From the IMG/VR virus record IMGVR_UViG_3300049139_000031, positions 1 to 35,164 of that record: a stretch of 35,164 nucleotides of DNA; one strand, written 5' to 3'. This DNA comes from a virus. Taxonomy: Duplodnaviria; Caudoviricetes. The translations under genes and the position numbers were made by a program. Below, in pieces: positions 33,908-35,164 of this stretch. Under the pieces are notes generated by a model. It was not told where the DNA came from and did not search any database. It was given only the letters and a program-made list of their open reading frames with translations. Position 1 is the stretch's first letter, and each line of letters opens with the position of its first letter.

Positions 33908-33929
33908 TAGTCTACTAGTCTACTGAACG
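33908..33929 (+). repeat. Dispersed motif copy: TAGTCTACTAGTCTACTGAACG
   Basis: Identical over 21 bp to the copy at 27887; at a gene junction. Confidence 0.8.
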
Positions 33930-34073
33930 AGCCTGCTTAGCCTCTTTTTCTCGTCGCTCCCACACCTTCTCTCGAAGACGGGTCATACGGATCATGTCGA
34001 TTTCGATGAACACTTTTATCGTGAACGCGAGAAGGGCTAGCCCGTAAAGAGCTAGCCCCAACCGGTCTTGCAT
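33915..34073 (-). CDS. 52-aa single-TM peptide (not in the ORF track)
   Basis: AGAGG RBS; MQDRLGLALYGLALLAFTIKVFIEIDMIRMTRLREKVWERREKEAKQARSVD fills the gap. Confidence 0.6.
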   Translation of the reverse strand: MQDRLGLALYGLALLAFTIKVFIEIDMIRMTRLREKVWERREKEAKQARSVD

Positions 34074-34083
34074 TAATGCCTCT

Positions 34084-34533
34084 CTAGATATTGAACCTGT
34101 GAATCAGCTCTATGACCGCGAGCCAATTCCCCTCCGTGATGTAGGGGACATCCTTTGTTCCCGCACGCCGGACGAAGTACATGTCGTGCGAGTGATCGAC
34201 CGTCCATGACGTTACGACAAAGCCGTACCTGCTGAGAGTCCATCTGTCTCGCGTCATCGGCCGAGCTGTATAATGCCCGGTCGGGTGGTGGAACTGCTTG
34301 GTTGGCGCGTACTCCGGGCCGATGTTGTCCTGCTCGGTGACTTCGGGGGCGTACAGGAGTGAGAGAATCATGTCCAGGTCATGGAAGACGTGACTAATAC
34401 CGGCCGGAAAATCCTGCGAATTCTTGACCTCTGCCCCGAGGAAGAGTTGCTTCTTCCACCTTTCGACCTGCTTGATAAGGTCGGCGCGGTTCTTCTCGCT
34501 GAGTTCGTGGAACATTGTTTCTCCCTCTACCAT
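34084..34533 (-). CDS. Hypothetical protein
   Basis: Operon packing; the true start may be the ATG of MFHELS, which follows a GAGGGAG RBS. Confidence 0.7.
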   Translation of the reverse strand: MVEGETMFHELSEKNRADLIKQVERWKKQLFLGAEVKNSQDFPAGISHVFHDLDMILSLLYAPEVTEQDNIGPEYAPTKQFHHPTGHYTARPMTRDRWTLSRYGFVVTSWTVDHSHDMYFVRRAGTKDVPYITEGNWLAVIELIHRFNI

Positions 34534-34784
34534 TTCGGATTGCGCGGCTTGAAGTGGAATCCCTTACCCTGAACGACGCGCTTAGACCACGGCTCCAGAT
34601 TTTTGATGTCCTTTTCGCTCATGTTCATGATTGCGCTACGGGAAACCTCCTTGTAATGCTTGGCGACCCTATCCCGAATCTCCTGTGCTGACAGGTCCGG
34701 CCGTCCCCCGATAATCGCCTGTTCATACATGAGGATTTGGGAAAGCTCATCGGCGGTATGCTCTAGCGTAATCTTTACAGCCAT
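34527..34784 (-). CDS. Hypothetical protein
   Basis: AAGGAGA RBS. Confidence 0.7.
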   Translation of the reverse strand: MAVKITLEHTADELSQILMYEQAIIGGRPDLSAQEIRDRVAKHYKEVSRSAIMNMSEKDIKNLEPWSKRVVQGKGFHFKPRNPKW

Positions 34785-34818
34785 CCGTTCATCTCCTTAT
34801 GCGTGGTTGGACTGAGTG

Positions 34819-34848
34819 AAGCCTGGCACCCCGTAGAATACCAGGCCC
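34819..34848 (-). terminator. Stem-loop (terminator or processing site)
   Basis: GCCTGGTATTC-TACG-GGGTGCCAGGC; its G-U pairs form only on the minus strand. Confidence 0.55.
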
Positions 34849-34870
34849 CTTGAATTCGTCCGCAGGCAGG

Positions 34871-35119
34871 CTAGTTGCGTCGGATGCTTATTGACGACCT
34901 ATCCAACACACGCCCATCATAGAGCGCCAGGGCAGCGCGTAGGGTGTCAGCGTACTGACCCATACCCCACTCATCCCAGCGCTTTCGGAAGTTACAGATT
35001 ACGAATTCTCGCTTGTGTGTATCGAGCAGAATCGCCAGATACGTTCCCGTCGAATCCTCATCGAACGCGAGTACGATGTATTTTCCGGTAAGGAATTCGA
35101 GCGTGTCTCCGATTTGCAT
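34871..35119 (-). CDS. Hypothetical protein
   Basis: AGAGGA RBS; co-directional with the arm. Confidence 0.7.
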   Translation of the reverse strand: MQIGDTLEFLTGKYIVLAFDEDSTGTYLAILLDTHKREFVICNFRKRWDEWGMGQYADTLRAALALYDGRVLDRSSISIRRN

Positions 35120-35164
35120 CTACTCGTCCTCTACTTGCTAGAACTCTCGAATGAGCCAGCGGAC

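Overview
The window is a large part of a temperate siphovirus of a filamentous actinomycete (Streptomyces-like host inferred from DUF397 and HTH_58-type genes). Its layout resembles mycobacteriophage cluster A and Streptomyces R4-like phages. From left to right it holds: (1) a leftward early block (Gln/Pro-rich Zn protein, Cas4/RecB-like nuclease, L5 gp71-like repressor); (2) a tyrosine integrase converging on an excisionase; (3) two more leftward genes and an AT-rich hairpin region; (4) a rightward late operon (HNH, terS, terL, portal, scaffold, capsid, head-tail proteins, major tail, -1 frameshifted chaperone, tape measure, minor tails, lysis genes, collagen fibre); (5) a leftward arm of small genes. 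The most unusual part lies between terS and terL. An Acb2/Tad1-like anti-defence gene is followed by an RNA array in which seven real tRNAs are interleaved with structured non-tRNA elements. These are two circularly permuted, anticodon-less tRNA folds, one tRNA body with an 18-nt insertion in the anticodon arm, and two hairpins. Other notable signals are a dispersed TAGTCTACTAGTCTAC motif (candidate stoperator) and several apparent mimics of host chromatin or developmental regulators. All protein family calls come from motif recognition by eye; no database searches were run.
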